Shown here one piece after another: positions 13,129-26,949 of a stretch of DNA of 64,000 nt. Each line of letters starts with the position of its first letter. The first letter of the stretch is position 1. The position numbers were made by a program, and so were the translations under genes. The stretch is from the human T2T-CHM13v2.0 reference genome, Homo sapiens: the NCBI RefSeq assembly GCF_009914755.1, contig NC_060931.1. The stretch is one strand, 5' to 3'. Under the pieces are notes generated by a model. It was not told where the DNA came from. It saw nothing but the letters and a program-made list of their open reading frames with translations, and did no database searches.

Positions 13129-16100
13129 AAAAAAGCTGTAATTAATTTGGCCAAAAGAAAGACAATTGCTTGGATCTGATGTTTTTAAAGGGAAGATAAA
13201 ATCTATGGTACCTTTCAGTTCATGTGACTTTAATCTTTAAGAAATAAAAACACCCCTAAGGACTATTAGTAAAATGCAGGTCAGATGCAAAGTTTTCTAA
13301 GTGTTGTGAGTTTACAAACTGCTTTTTGGGTTTTGAGAACTATTTGACTTGCTGGCTTCACAATTGGTAAGGCCTGGGGACTATGGAACTAACTATGCCC
13401 CTTATTATGCTATAGTCAAACCTTGGTTGCAGTTAGCACACAATTAAAGCAACTTAACAAGTTTCACCTTAAAGATAACAATTGCTGGGGTTACCATTAT
13501 AACAGGTAATTGAGACTACTCAAAATAGATTTACATGCAAGGGGTATAAGAACAGTAAAATGTGCTTTTTCTTTGTAAAATGTTATAAGAAGGCATGGAA
13601 ATATAAATTTTTGCCTAGGGTTAAAGGATTGTTTTAAATTAGATAAGAGAAAGCCGAAGGTTCAAACAAGTGGTAGAAGAACTGGGGAAATTAATCTTGC
13701 AGAAGAGGTTCTCTGGGTGAACATATTGACTAACTTCAAAAAAGGGTATTATATGGTTTTTCTGTAAATTGAACATTAAAATATAAGAACAACAAGGTAT
13801 TCTTAAAATGCTAATCTGCTCCTTAACAAAATTCAAAAGGGTTATAAAAGGTTTTTGCTTCTTTAAAATTTCTGAGTCATTTTGGCAAAATAAATAATTT
13901 ATGGTAATCTGGAATTCTATTTCATAATATTAAGTGCTTTAAACATATTTAACAGCTTTCCCAAAATCAAACTTCAGTTTCAAAATTGTCTTCCCTGGCA
14001 CCTGGTTTTTTGAATACTTCAGAGGGCCCCTGAAGTGTCTAGAAAAGAGAGGTAAAAAGGATTATTTGACATGTTTAGGTATATGAGATTGCCAAAATGA
14101 TGCTCAATCTTCTTTAGGTTATATCTTGGTGGATAATACTAATATATGTTCCAAAATTGTATGGGATTTCTAAAATTCTAAGGTCTAAGTATATGCCATA
14201 AATCATAATTAAGGTTGTTATGTTAAGTTATTGTAAAACAGAGATAACAAAACTTCTTTGTCAATTGTGTGTCTAACTGTAACTACCCTGGACATTTTGT
14301 TATTCACAGACGATTGTTGTCTTGTTTTAATCCTTTCAAAAGATGGTTTATAATAAGCTATACAACTTTAACAGGTACTTTCAAATACAGGCTTCTGATA
14401 ACTTTAGAGACTGTAACATTGGAATAAAGGAAAAAGTACAGGACTCATAAAGAGCTGAAATGTTCATGAATGTCAAGCAAAACAAGAGTTAAGTAAATGG
14501 ACTGAACTCAGGAAGCTAAAGCAAATCTTTTTGACTTTTGCTTGGAATATTGATGATCCTTGCTTTAGTTTTTTTTATAGTCAAGGAAACTTAGTTTGAA
14601 CTATTTACGACCTTTAATAATTAAGTGAAGTATACACTCCTGTGGTCAAAATTTGGAGCATGTTTGTTTCTCTCTGCCTGGTTCCTCTAGAATTTGGAAA
14701 CTATCTGTCAGTATTCTTATGGCAATATAGTTGTTTGCATCAGTACAATAAGAATCCATTTTTCTTTTGCAACAGGACACAATTAGAGAACGTAGTTATT
14801 TTACCAGGGTTTTGACTGGAAGGGTATGCTTCCCTTTAAGGAGTCAATCTTGACTTGCAGAGCCAATAAAAATCTAGTGGGAAACTGGCCTCATACCCTT
14901 GTCCATGTAGTCCCTGTACAGGGTTCTTGACCTGTGGTCAGTAAAGAATGTCACTTTCTAACAGGTCCAGGAGCTCCAAGTTTGTCTTGGGACCTTAAGA
15001 GGAGAAAATCACCCAACTCACGGGTATTTGACAATACAAACCCATGGCTGGGCTTGGCTTTAAAAGGTCTTATCTAAGATTCCTTGGGAAACAGAGTTCC
15101 ATGAAAGCCAATTCAAAAGGCCTATGTAGAAATAGTTATTCTTGCTGCACTTTATGCAAATAACCAGGCCAAGTATAAGACTAAAGTCTGTTTTATAAAT
15201 CATTCCATCATGATGATATTTAACAAAAATGAGGACTTGCAAGAGAGAAATCACGTTTCAAAACTTATCATATGCTTGTCATTAAATTCTAAACTCACCA
15301 GTCATTTTCAAGTTTTCACCTACATTTTAGATCAACCCTACTTGTTCCTGTGAACCAACCACTGATCCCCAGCTGCAGCTCAGAAAGAACAAGAGGGATG
15401 GGTAATGTAGAAATCTGGATCAATAGTCTAGTTCTGAACAGTTATCCTACAAATCCTGCCAGGTAGTGGGAATAAATAGGATGCCCATAACCCAGAGGTT
15501 TCCTTTTTGGGAAAGTAAGACCAACGTAGCTAACCAAAGCTAAGTGTCATCCACCGAAATCCCAGCAAGCATAACTATGGCTACCAGTTATCTGGGTGTG
15601 TCACAAGACATCCATTCCTCTCTCTTGTTGGAGGAGAACTCAGCTCCAGTTTGACCTTAGCATTTGGCTTATGACAAGGAGTCCATGCGACCCCCGCTGA
15701 GACACATTTTTGTCTGAAACTCAATTCCAAGCTTCAGATAAAAACCCTAGGAAGGAAAACTGGATCTGAGGGATCCAGAGGCAGACAATAACAGAAGTTA
15801 AAAGGCATAGCACATGTGAGCATGGCTGATTTCTACCGATTAAACCAACCCCAAGCTTTCATGAATAAAGGCCATGTTAATATCCATAGCATAAATGAGG
15901 ACTAAGGAACTCCAAGGCTACTGACAGTAGCGGAGATAGTGGCATAGGTGAGAGTGGGTAATTCCTATTCTCTAGGTCCTCCCTGCTTCATGGGTGCAAG
16001 TCACTTTGACACCCATGGTGGCATCTGCCGAGGTCACTGGACCCTGGGGATGCAAGGACAGAAGAGGAAAAGAGGATGCTCTTCCCTCTCTTCCTCATGT

Positions 16101-17644
16101 ACTGTGGGTATCTGCTAGGAAAAGAAAGGAACCAGGGATGCCTGCTCCCCTTTTTCTAGATGGGTAGCCATTTATATTCACTCTGTACCCCTTTAGACTG
16201 CATCCTAAACCCCTGGGAATCCTTTAAAAGGCACCTTCTCTTTTCTCTTCCTCTGGTCTCTCTTCACAAATAGGTAATCATGTCTCTGTACTATTAGACA
16301 CTTCCCTCTAATGAATCCTCCAAACTGGGAAAAGTTAATTTTCCAAACCTTAAACTTGTTGGCTCAGGATCAAGCTCAGCGGGAAAGGAACCCAGAAGCA
16401 CAACATGCTGGCAAAAGGGTAAAGTTCCTCTTCCAGTAGGGCTTTTGGCTTCCCTCTCCCTATGCAAACTGGTAAAAGGCCTTGGGATTTTTGAGCTATC
16501 CTTACCCCTCCCCTTGTTTCATTTTGATACATGTTTTCTAATAACGTGGTGTATCTGTTCTTACTTTCAAGCATCAAACTCCAAACACTCCTGTAACCAG
16601 AGCCTCTCACATGGCCCCTTCTACTAGGAACCCTTAGATAGGCCTCTGAGGGTGATCTGCCTGCTGTTTCCCCAAAACAGTGCCCCCTTATCAGGCGAAA
16701 GCAGTTAAGATAGTTCTTTGTCCCTATCCTTAATCTAATGGCAGTTAGATGTATTTCTCTAGAAGGTGGTATGAGACAGCCAGGTGGGAGGGGGTGCCTG
16801 GAGAAACTCCAAGCGGCCTGCCCACTGCGGTGGAGCCATGGAAGTTGGCACCCTTTGCAAGCAGGGAGGAGCTGCGGTCCTCCTCTTCCTATGTGGAACC
16901 TGGGATTCAAACAACCTGTCAGGAAGCACTCTAGCAGGGACTCTGGCCTTGTGAGAGTCCCTGTTTCTCCCTTTTCTTCCTTTTCCCCCAACAAAACCCT
17001 CCTTACTCACTGTTCAGATGATCTGCAAGCCTACGTTTTTATGGCTTTGGGACAGACAAGGACCCTGTCTTTAGTTGAACTAAGGGTAAGTCCTACAACA
17101 CTACTTGGGCAATTTAGGGAAATACTTTCAAGTGGGAGATAATGGATTTAGAGGATGTATACACAGGTGTCTTGCAAAGTGGATCCACTTAAGGTAGCCA
17201 TGTAATGCACAATGGTTTGAGACAAATTCTATGTTGCCTCACTAGAAATAGACTTTACTGGAGAAAGAGGAAACATGCAAAGACAGGATCAACACACCAA
17301 GAACACATGGATTCCCATCCTCCCACTGTCTTTATAGACAGGTGTGTGGGGCCGAGTGAGCTGCTAGATACAAAGTGTAGCTTGCTATGCTTTTTCCTTT
17401 TAGAAAGCAAGATCATGCTTATCAAATTCGTCATGGTAGATGCTGAATTTTAATAACTGATAACTTTTTAGTTGTTATTTTGAGTGTTTTAATCCCTCCT
17501 AATGTGTTGCTCCAAATTCTAACATTTAATAGCATGTATTAAATATAAAAGTTAAGGAGATAGTGGGAGAGGTAGACTATATGACCTCTAAGATACTTTC
17601 CAACTCAGCGTCTTTAGTTTTATGAGACACTCTGGAGAAGTATT

Positions 17645-17830
17645 ACATATTATTAATATTTTCCCTAATCTTAGTTGGCGTTCGATTAGCCTTCTTCACT
17701 GATACTGCACACTGACTTGAGAACTTAAATATATCAATATAGACCTTTTCCTCAATTCTATTAACTGATTCAGTACAATATAAACTGCACTCCAGTTGAA
17801 CATCATTTCTACCTAACTCAAACACTACAA
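17645..17830 (-). mobile_element. CR1/L3 ORF2 C-terminal fragment
   Basis: KFSSQCAVSVKKANRT matches the CR1 QCxxAxKKAN motif. Confidence 0.65.
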
Positions 17831-17994
17831 TTCAATCTCTTCCGATTCTTATTCCATCTCTCAACCTGCTGGCCAGTTCCCATTTATTTTCTTTCCCTAC
17901 TCACGCCACTGATACCACAAAATCCATACTCCAGCTCTACTGTACTGCTTACTAGAGATTTAATAATCCCCAAATAGCAACTAAGTAGACTTAC

Positions 17995-18272
17995 AGATGT
18001 CTGTGTTGTAACAACTGAGGAATATAAAAGGCAGCGTGTTTTTCCCTAGTCATAATCCTTAAATGAAGCTGATAACGTTTACTGTGAACTATTTGAGATT
18101 CTTTCTCCCCTAAATAAGAGGGTACATTGTCTTCCCTTCAGTTGGTACACCCTCAAATTTGAATCTACAGAAACACTCACTGTTTGTGTCTATACTCAAA
18201 GCATCTTAATAGCACTGGTTTCACATTAGGTATCACATTAATAAGACCACTGAATGGGTCAAACTTAGGTTT
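17995..18272 (-). pseudogene. Possible downstream single-FN3 exon of the same fossil gene
   Basis: tttcttAG acceptor and GTAAGT donor 278 nt apart (typical FN3 exon size); remnants *FTVNVISFI*G and SSVVTTQTS near the end. Confidence 0.4.
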
Positions 18273-18767
18273 CTAAGAAATCTATTATACTATAAGAAAT
18301 ATACTGGAGAAATAATTAGTTGCAGGTCTTGGCATTCAAGAACTCACAGTATAAAAATAAAAAATAACTATAATTTAATGAAATAAGTATAATAAAGGAA
18401 AAAAGTACAATTGGCCTTCCCAAGAATATCATGTAGCCCCCAGAAAAAAAAAGAAAAATTAGAGTAAGCAACCATGGCAACAAGGCAGGCTGCTGGCCAT
18501 TTAGCCAAATTACATAGATCAATGTTAGCTGGCAATCACCGTCAGATTTGTACATAGTAAGCACAAAACCTAGATAAGGAAAAATAATAGGGGGAAAAAA
18601 GAATCAGAATTCTGGTCACATTTCTCGTTAGAGAGCTAAAGTACATAGACATGCCATAAATGTAGGAATGGATATGGGCCAAATATTGATCCCTTCATTC
18701 TTCAAGGGCTAGGGTGAGGAGAAGAAAGGAACTTCCAGGCAAGTCACTTTGTGTCTCAAATAATCTT

Positions 18768-18870
18768 TTATGAACTGAACGTTCGTGTCCACCCAAAACT
18801 CATATGTTGAAATTCTAACCCTAAATGTAATGCTATTTGGAGGTAGGGCCTTTACAAAGTACATAGATCA
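18768..18870 (+). mobile_element. MaLR (MLT1/MST) LTR fragment
   Basis: ccaaaactcatatgttgaaattctaacc...tttggaggtagggcctt. Confidence 0.7.
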
Positions 18871-18944
18871 AGATATCAGTAGTTACCTTTGGTTTGAAGC
18901 AACAACATTGATGCAAACCAAACATTAGCAACATTTAGATTTTA

Positions 18945-21630
18945 CAGGAAGAAACAGAAATCCTGAACAGACCAATAACACACAGCGAGACTGAACCAGT
19001 AATACCTTAAAAAAAAATCTCCCTACAAAACAAAAACCAAAATCAGATGGATTCACAGCCAAATTCTACCATATATTCAAAAAGAATTGGTACCAATCCT
19101 ACTGAAACTATTTCAAAAGATTGAGAAGGAGGAATCCTCCCTATCTCATTACAAAGCTCATATCAAACTGATACCTAAGCCAGGAAAGGAAATAACAGCA
19201 AAAGAGAAAACTATAGGTCACTATCCCTGATGAACATAGATGCAAAAATCCTCAACAAAATACTAGCAAGCTAAATCCAATAGCACATCATAAAAATAAT
19301 TCACCACGATCAAGTGGGTTTCATCCTAAGGATGCAGGGATGGTTCAACAAACACAAGTCAGTAAATGTGATTCACTGCATACATAGAAGTACTAACAAA
19401 AACCATATGATCATCTCAATAGATGCAGAAAAATATTTTCTAAAATCCAGCCTCCCTTTTTGGTAAAAATCTTCAACAAACTAGGAATAGAAAGAACATA
19501 GCTCAAAATAATAAAAGCCATCTATGACAAACCCATAGCCAGCATAATACTGAATGGGCAGAAGTTGAAAGGCTCACCCCTAAGAACTGGAACAAGATCA
19601 GGATGCCCACTTTCACCACTTCTGTTCAACAGAGTGCAGGAAGTCCTAGCCAGAGCAGTCAGGCAAAAGAAAGAAGAAAGGTCATCCAAATAGGAAAAGA
19701 GGAACTCAAACTATTTCTGTTTGCTGATGATATAATTTTATATCTAGAAGACCCTAAAGACTCTACCAAAAGACTCCCAGATTTGATAAATTCACTGAAG
19801 TCTCAGGTTATAAAACCAATGTACACAAATCAGTAGCACTGCTATACACTGATAACAACCAAACCAAAAACAAATCAAGAACCCAATCCCATTTATTATA
19901 GCTACAAAGAACAAATGAACCTAGGAATATACTTAACCAAGGGGGTGAAAGATCTCTACAAGGAGACTATCACATGCTGCTGAAATAAATCACACAAACA
20001 CATGGAAAAACATCCCATGCTTATGAATGAGAAGAATTAATATTATGAAAATGGCCATCCTGCCCAAAGCAGTCTGCAGATTCAATGCAATTCTTATCAA
20101 AATACCAACATAATTTTTCACAGAACTAAAAAATATCCTAAAATTCATGTGGAACCAAAAAAAGAGCCTGAATAGCCAAAGAAATACCAAGCAAAAAGAA
20201 CAAAACCAGAGGAATCACATTACCTGACTTCAAATTATACTACAAGGCTATAGTAACCAAGACAGCATGGTACTGGTATAAAAGTAAATACATAGAACAA
20301 TGGAATAGAATAGAGAACTCAGAAATAAAGCCAAATACTTACAACCAACTGATCTTCTACAAAGCGGACAAAAACATACACTAGGGAAAGGACACTCTAT
20401 TCAATAAATGGTGCTGGGTAAATTGAAAGCCACATGTAAAAGAATGAAACTGGAGCTCTATCTCTCACTACATATAAAAATTAACTCAAAGTTGATTAAA
20501 TACTTAAATGTAACACCTGAAACCAAAAAGCCTCTAGAAGAAAACCTAAGAAAAACTCTTCTGGACATTGGCCTAGGCAATGAATTTGTGGCTAAGACCC
20601 CAAAAGCGAATGCAATAAAAAGAAATAAATGAGGCCTAATTAAACTAAACAGCTTCTGCATAGCAAAATAATCAACAGAGTAAACATACAACCCACAAAA
20701 TGCGAGAAAATATTTGCAAACTATACAATGACCAAAGGTCTAATATCCAGAATCTACAAGGAATTCAAATCAGCAGGAAAAAAATGATACCATTAAAAAG
20801 TGGGACATGAAGAGACGTTTCTGAAAAGAAGATACACAAATGACCACCAAATATATGAAGAAATCTTCAACATCACTAATCATCAGGGAAATGTAAATTA
20901 AAACCACAATGAGATACCACCTATTCAGTCAGAATGGCCATTATTTAAAAAATCAAAACACAATAGATGTTGGCACAGATGTAGTGAAAGGGAACACTTA
21001 CACACCGGAGATTGGAATATAAACTAGTACAGCCTCTATAGAAAATAGCACGGAAATTTCTCAAAGAACTAGAAGTAGGTCTTCCATTCAATCTAGCAAT
21101 CCCACTACTAGGGGCATCCACCCAAAAAAAAAAAAAAAGCCATATCAAAAAGACACCTGCACGCATATAGTTATCACAGTACAATTCACAATTACAAAGA
21201 TACGGACTCAACCTAAGAGCCCATCAACTGATGAGTGTATAAATAAAACGTCATATATATACACCATGGAATACTACTCAGCCATAAAAAATAATGAAAT
21301 AATATCTTTTGCAGCAACTTGGATGGAACTATAGGCTATTATTCTAAGTAACTCACAAACAGAAAACCAAATACCACGTGTTCTTATTTATAAATAGGAG
21401 CTAAGCTATGGGTACACAAAGGCATGCAGAATGGTATAATAGACATTGGAGGCTCAGAAGGAGTTTTGAGGCGGAGAATGAGGGATAAAAAAACTACCTA
21501 TTAGGTACAACATATACTATTTGGATGACAGGTATCCTAAAAGCCAACTTCACCACTATACAGTTCATCCATGAAACCAAAAACCATTTGTATTCGTAAA
21601 GGTATTGAAATAACAAATTAAAACAAACTA
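18945..21630 (+). mobile_element. 5'-truncated L1PB (about PB3/4)
   Basis: ORF2 fragments (LFLFADDIILYLE), PB-type 3'UTR. Confidence 0.93.
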
Positions 21631-21734
21631 ACTGTTCACCAAGCTCCCACAGTCGTGTAAGGTCAAGTCCCTGGAACAACTCTCATCTCCTATAGCAGCT
21701 CTCACTGTTTCCTCTGATGGAATCCCGACTGATA

Positions 21735-21900
21735 ACTAGGGGCATGGAAGAGGCATCCTGGGCACTGGGAACATTCTACTTATTAACCTGATGGTAGTTA
21801 TGATGGTGTTCGCTTAGTGCAGATCAATTAAGCTTTAAATCAATGTTTTGTTCAATTTTCTCTATGTGTGCTCAATTTCACAATAGATGTTTTTAAAACT
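21735..21900 (+). mobile_element. Old L1M 3' end
   Basis: L1MC/ME-like terminal motifs. Confidence 0.55.
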
Positions 21901-22039
21901 CAAAAAAATAAGATTTTATATTTAGTACTGGAGTTTGATCATTTTTCTTTGTAAACTTCTTCTGAAGGTTAGGATTTACGCAGATCTAAAAAAAGACACT
22001 TCCACTCTTTACAGTTTATTTTTTATATTTAAGACATAC

Positions 22040-22790
22040 CTGGTTTATGTTTAATAGTTGATAAGTAGATATAGACTAGTGTTCTTGATTCAAAGAAAAC
22101 AAAGAATACCGTGGAGTAATCTGATTCTGAAGTATCTTTGGTCATGTTGTAACTGCTGAGTAGCTCACGTCTTTCATCCATAAAAAAGCCACTGAGTGTT
22201 ATATTTGTGTGAAGTTGGAAGGAGAAATGTGTTGATTCTGAAACATTCTTTTGGGGGGCAAGGAGAGGAAAAATTACAATGAAGCAGAATTTTTTAAGAG
22301 AAATATCTTTATCCAAACTTAAAGCACTTTTCAAACAGCAGCTCTCCTCTTTCTGATAAACTAAGAGCACTTCTCAGAAGTACTCTGTCAAAAAAAATTA
22401 TTTTGTAAACAGTTTTCCATTAAGTGGTACTCAGCTGCCTGGAGGACCCATCTTCAGTGTGCTTGCCACTTCCTTCTTTTTGACAGATATCCAGGTTGCG
22501 GTGACAGTTGCATACAGTATCTTAATTTCAGGAAGAGATGGAATTTTCCAAAATTGACTAACAGTGAGGAGTGGGAGGTTGCTCCAATTAAGCACTCGGT
22601 CCTCTCTATTGTATTAAATTTAAATGATAAAAATATTGTAACTGGTAATTTGGAAACTGTTTTTAAGTATAGAAATGTCTTTGTCTAAAACTCTTGTAAA
22701 TCATTAATAAGAAATTAAAACATCCCACTTGAGTACCTTTATCTAATCCCATTTTTCCTTCAAGCTCCTCAGGCTTCTGCCAACAAAGCT
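22040..22790 (-). pseudogene. FN3 remnants (2-3 repeats) ending at a splice donor
   Basis: LCWQKPEELEG (~22757-22789), FLINDLQEF, ATSHSSLLVN/WKIPS (frameshift), SPSNFT..TNIT..HSVAFLW, YSLFSL/ESRTLVYIYLSTIK, then CAG|GTATGT. Confidence 0.7.
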
Positions 22791-22844
22791 TTCCATTGCA
22801 TTGCTTATTTCTATTTTGCCACCATTTTTTTTCGCTTGACCTCC

Positions 22845-23500
22845 CTTATTAATTCAGTAAAGACTGTAGGCCATCTTCCAGGGTATGTGCTAGAACTACA
22901 GTTTAAAAGATGAGTAAGCATAGTACCTCCCTTCAAGAAGCTTGTGGTCCAATGGAGAATGCTCTGCTAGCCCATTTTTAAATTATTGCAGTTCATTTTT
23001 ACATGTCTAAAATTATTGCATCAAATGTACATACTGCAGGAAATCTTTCCCACATGTGTATTTTATCTACTATTATTTTTGGACGCATGGACAAACAATT
23101 CATAATTAAAAGCTAGAATTTCCTCTGATATAAGATTTTAAATGAAGATACATTAAAACAAAATTAGTACAGAATTTAAGGGCTGGAAGAACTCTATAAA
23201 GACCTTTTAGTATAATGTTCTTATCTAACTGATGGAAACACTAATGCCTAGAGAGTGAAACAACTTTATTTACTCAACAAATATAAATGGAGCATCAACC
23301 ATATGCCAGATAGTAAGGTAGAAGCTGGAAATATAGTGTTGATTAGGACCCACATTACTCAGCTGTAATTAGCAAATAATTAAATTATAATAATCACCAT
23401 ACATGAGAAGTACAAGATGCTGAAAGAACATAAAATAGGGTGATGAAACCCAATCTGTAGATGCAAGGGCTATTTTTCTCAGAGGGTCTCATTAAAGATG
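22845..23500 (-). mobile_element. L2 3' ends and MIR fragments
   Basis: tttattactcaacaaatataaatggagc.. (L2 3' end) and MIR core text. Confidence 0.6.
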
Positions 23501-23510
23501 GAACTTAATA

Positions 23511-23846
<336 letters not shown>

Positions 23847-23939
23847 TCACCCCAGATTGCACAATGAGTGAGATGCGCAAATGGAACTGAAGTCAAAGTC
23901 CTTATAGCATGAGTGGCATATCTCTGCTACGGCAAGCTC

Positions 23940-25810
23940 CCAACTGGTAGTTATTTATGGTGCACGAACTATGAGATTATGAATAGAAAACTGTCAATCT
24001 CATTGACAGAAGACTGTCAAGAAGAGGTGAGAATATAAGCTCACCTCTAGTCCTGCCTGACCAGCCTGCTCAACCTTCAATAAGAGTGTTGAAATATATA
24101 ACCCACATTTCTTTGATCAAGAAGAATTATTAGCATATGTTCAAGTTTCTAAATAATTGAGACTTGCTTTTTAGTTAGGTATCTTTAATGCCCTTTATGC
24201 AGCAAATAAATTATTATTATATAAAGTTTGTTTTGCAATACATATTACAGTGGAAGAAGTGCAGTATATTTCTACATTAAATGTGTGAATTTTTCCAATT
24301 ATTTCTTTCTTATTGTTAGGTCTTGCCTCTCAGTGGCATACAAGACAATCCATTTAATAATGCCAAGTAAGGAAGGAGAGTTTTAGATTAATAACTCCTG
24401 TAAGTAACCTATTTGTCACTAATATAACCATTTTATCATTGTCTATCTGCCCTGGTGCACTGCTGACTAACATTATTAGTAGCATGCTTTGCTTAGGAGA
24501 ATGTAAGAATAACTAATTTTGTGGTTTTCCCAGAAATATTTGTTTTCTCCAGCTTTTATTGGTATCCAGATACCACTCGTTCTAATAAAGCAAAGCCCTC
24601 AGTGCTTTTCAGAAGCCCCTGAAGTGTGTGTTTGGTTACTCTTTACGTGATTAATTTTCCCTTGTTAGTTGCTGTTCACACACACGTATGTATTCACCTG
24701 TGTATCACTACCGCCTTTCCCCTGTCCATTGTGTGATTGCTTTAAACAAGAAAAACCAAAATACATTTATTTTTAGAGTTTAATAAGAAGTTATTCAGGA
24801 ACATACTTATAAGTACTTTAGAAATATTTGAAAGAACAGTAAGTAGGTAGAGAAAATAAGTGGTTAGGCAGCCAGCTCTCTGACTCCTTAATCCCTATAT
24901 TTATTAGACCCCATTTTCTGCATACTCATTCTTGCCCTTTCTGCATTCTCTTTCTTGCCCCATATACTGATGCAGAATAGCTAGCCCACTAGAACTCCCC
25001 CCTATTATTTTAGGATTCCTCAATAGGTATCTCATGATTTAGCAAAAGTTGTTCTCTTCTGCTCTGTGGCAGCAGCATTTCTTCACCAGCTCTGACCCCC
25101 TTCTAAGAGTGGTCCATCCTCCACTCTCCACAATCCCCTGAGAGCTGCCACTGTTGTTGGTGTGCGTGAGAGCTAAATCTACCTAAGGTACTTTCCTCAT
25201 GACTCCAAAGCTACTGGCCACCTCCTGGCAATGACATTTTAACATAAGATTGCAAACCAGACAGAAAAAGTACTATCCATGCATTATTATCCCTGGAGCT
25301 ATTCCTCATCAGAGAAAACAAAAGCCAGGCTGAAACTCAACAACTTGGAGATTTGAGGGTTCTCCTTCAGACTGAATCAATCACCAGTGACAGAGCAGGG
25401 ACTTTGTCTCATTCCCAAGTACACAGACTTCCAGGCATCACACTGAGGTGTATTTACTTTCAATTGCTAGATACATGCTTTAAGAGGCAGACACAAGAAG
25501 GATCCTTTTCAGTTGATAAATTCAAGAGCACAATAGCTTCAATGATCTCACCTTCTCTAAACACATACTTTTAATTGACAATGATTATGTATCCAGGCAA
25601 GTTTTCCAGAAAAAGAAAATCCATTCTTTAAACTTTGAAGGCTGTTTCCTTCTTATTTACTGTATTTATTATTTACGGTTAATTATCATGGGTAATTCCT
25701 CCTCCTTTATGAGTATGTTTTACTTGAATTTGATGAGCCATCCCAACCCAATATATAGAAATAAATTAGCAACTTCTCTAAATATAAAAAGTCTCATTCA
25801 AAGCCAGGAA
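23940..25810 (-). pseudogene. Tandem FN3 remnants
   Basis: LFLENLPGYIIIV (~25577-25615), EPSNLQVVEFQPGFCFL**GIAPGIIMHG*YFF (from 25362), VTKHTLQGLLKSTE (24598-24639), GKPQN*LFLHSPKQSMLLIMLVSSAPGQIDNDKMV (24426-24530), FSIHNL. Confidence 0.78.
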
Positions 25811-25889
25811 ACTTCAAAACTAAACTAGATAAATGTATATACCCTTAGTAGTTCCCAAAGCATTTCTGAATTATGGTACCTTTCTTAGC

Positions 25890-26310
25890 ACTGATTCCTT
25901 ACCGTATAAATGCTTATACACGTTTATTTTCCCTTCTATACTATTTAGTCCCTTTAGATCAGAGATAGAAATTATGTATTATTATATCCCTACTGTACTA
26001 AATATCTGACACACAATAGGCACTCTCTAAATATCTGAATGACTGAATGCATGAATGGAGAGTGAGCAACTAATAATGACAGCTGTCCTCTATTTAAGAC
26101 ATAATACATCTCAGGCACTGTCTTGGGCAATTTTCATAAACCATCTGATTTATTTCTCATGAGATCATAAGGGAGGCTTTATTATCCCCAATTTGGAGAT
26201 GAGAAAACAGCTGCTTAGAGAGGTTAAGTTCCTTGGCAAAGGTTACAGATCTTGTAGATGATAGTTTTAATTTTAACTCAGTTGTTTCCTATGTAAAGCT
26301 TACACTCTTA
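25890..26310. mobile_element. L2 3' end (+) followed by MIR (-)
   Basis: acacaataggcactctctaaatatctgaatgactgaatg; attatccccaatttggagatgagaaaac..gaggttaagt. Confidence 0.7.
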
Positions 26311-26320
26311 TTCACTAAGA

Positions 26321-26887
<567 letters not shown>

Positions 26888-26949
26888 TCAGAAAAATGGT
26901 GAAGGAAAGGCAGGGAAACCTGCGCAAGTGAGAAACTTGTTCTCTACAT

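Larger units (their letters stand above)
11765..17100 (+). mobile_element. Complete non-autonomous MER61 ERV1 element (LTR-int-LTR)
   Basis: LTRs 11765-12087 and 16772-17100 (TGAGACAGC...CA), 4-bp TSD CTAC, PBS at 12092, PPT agaaggtggta 16761-16771; no long gag/pol/env ORF. Confidence 0.9.
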
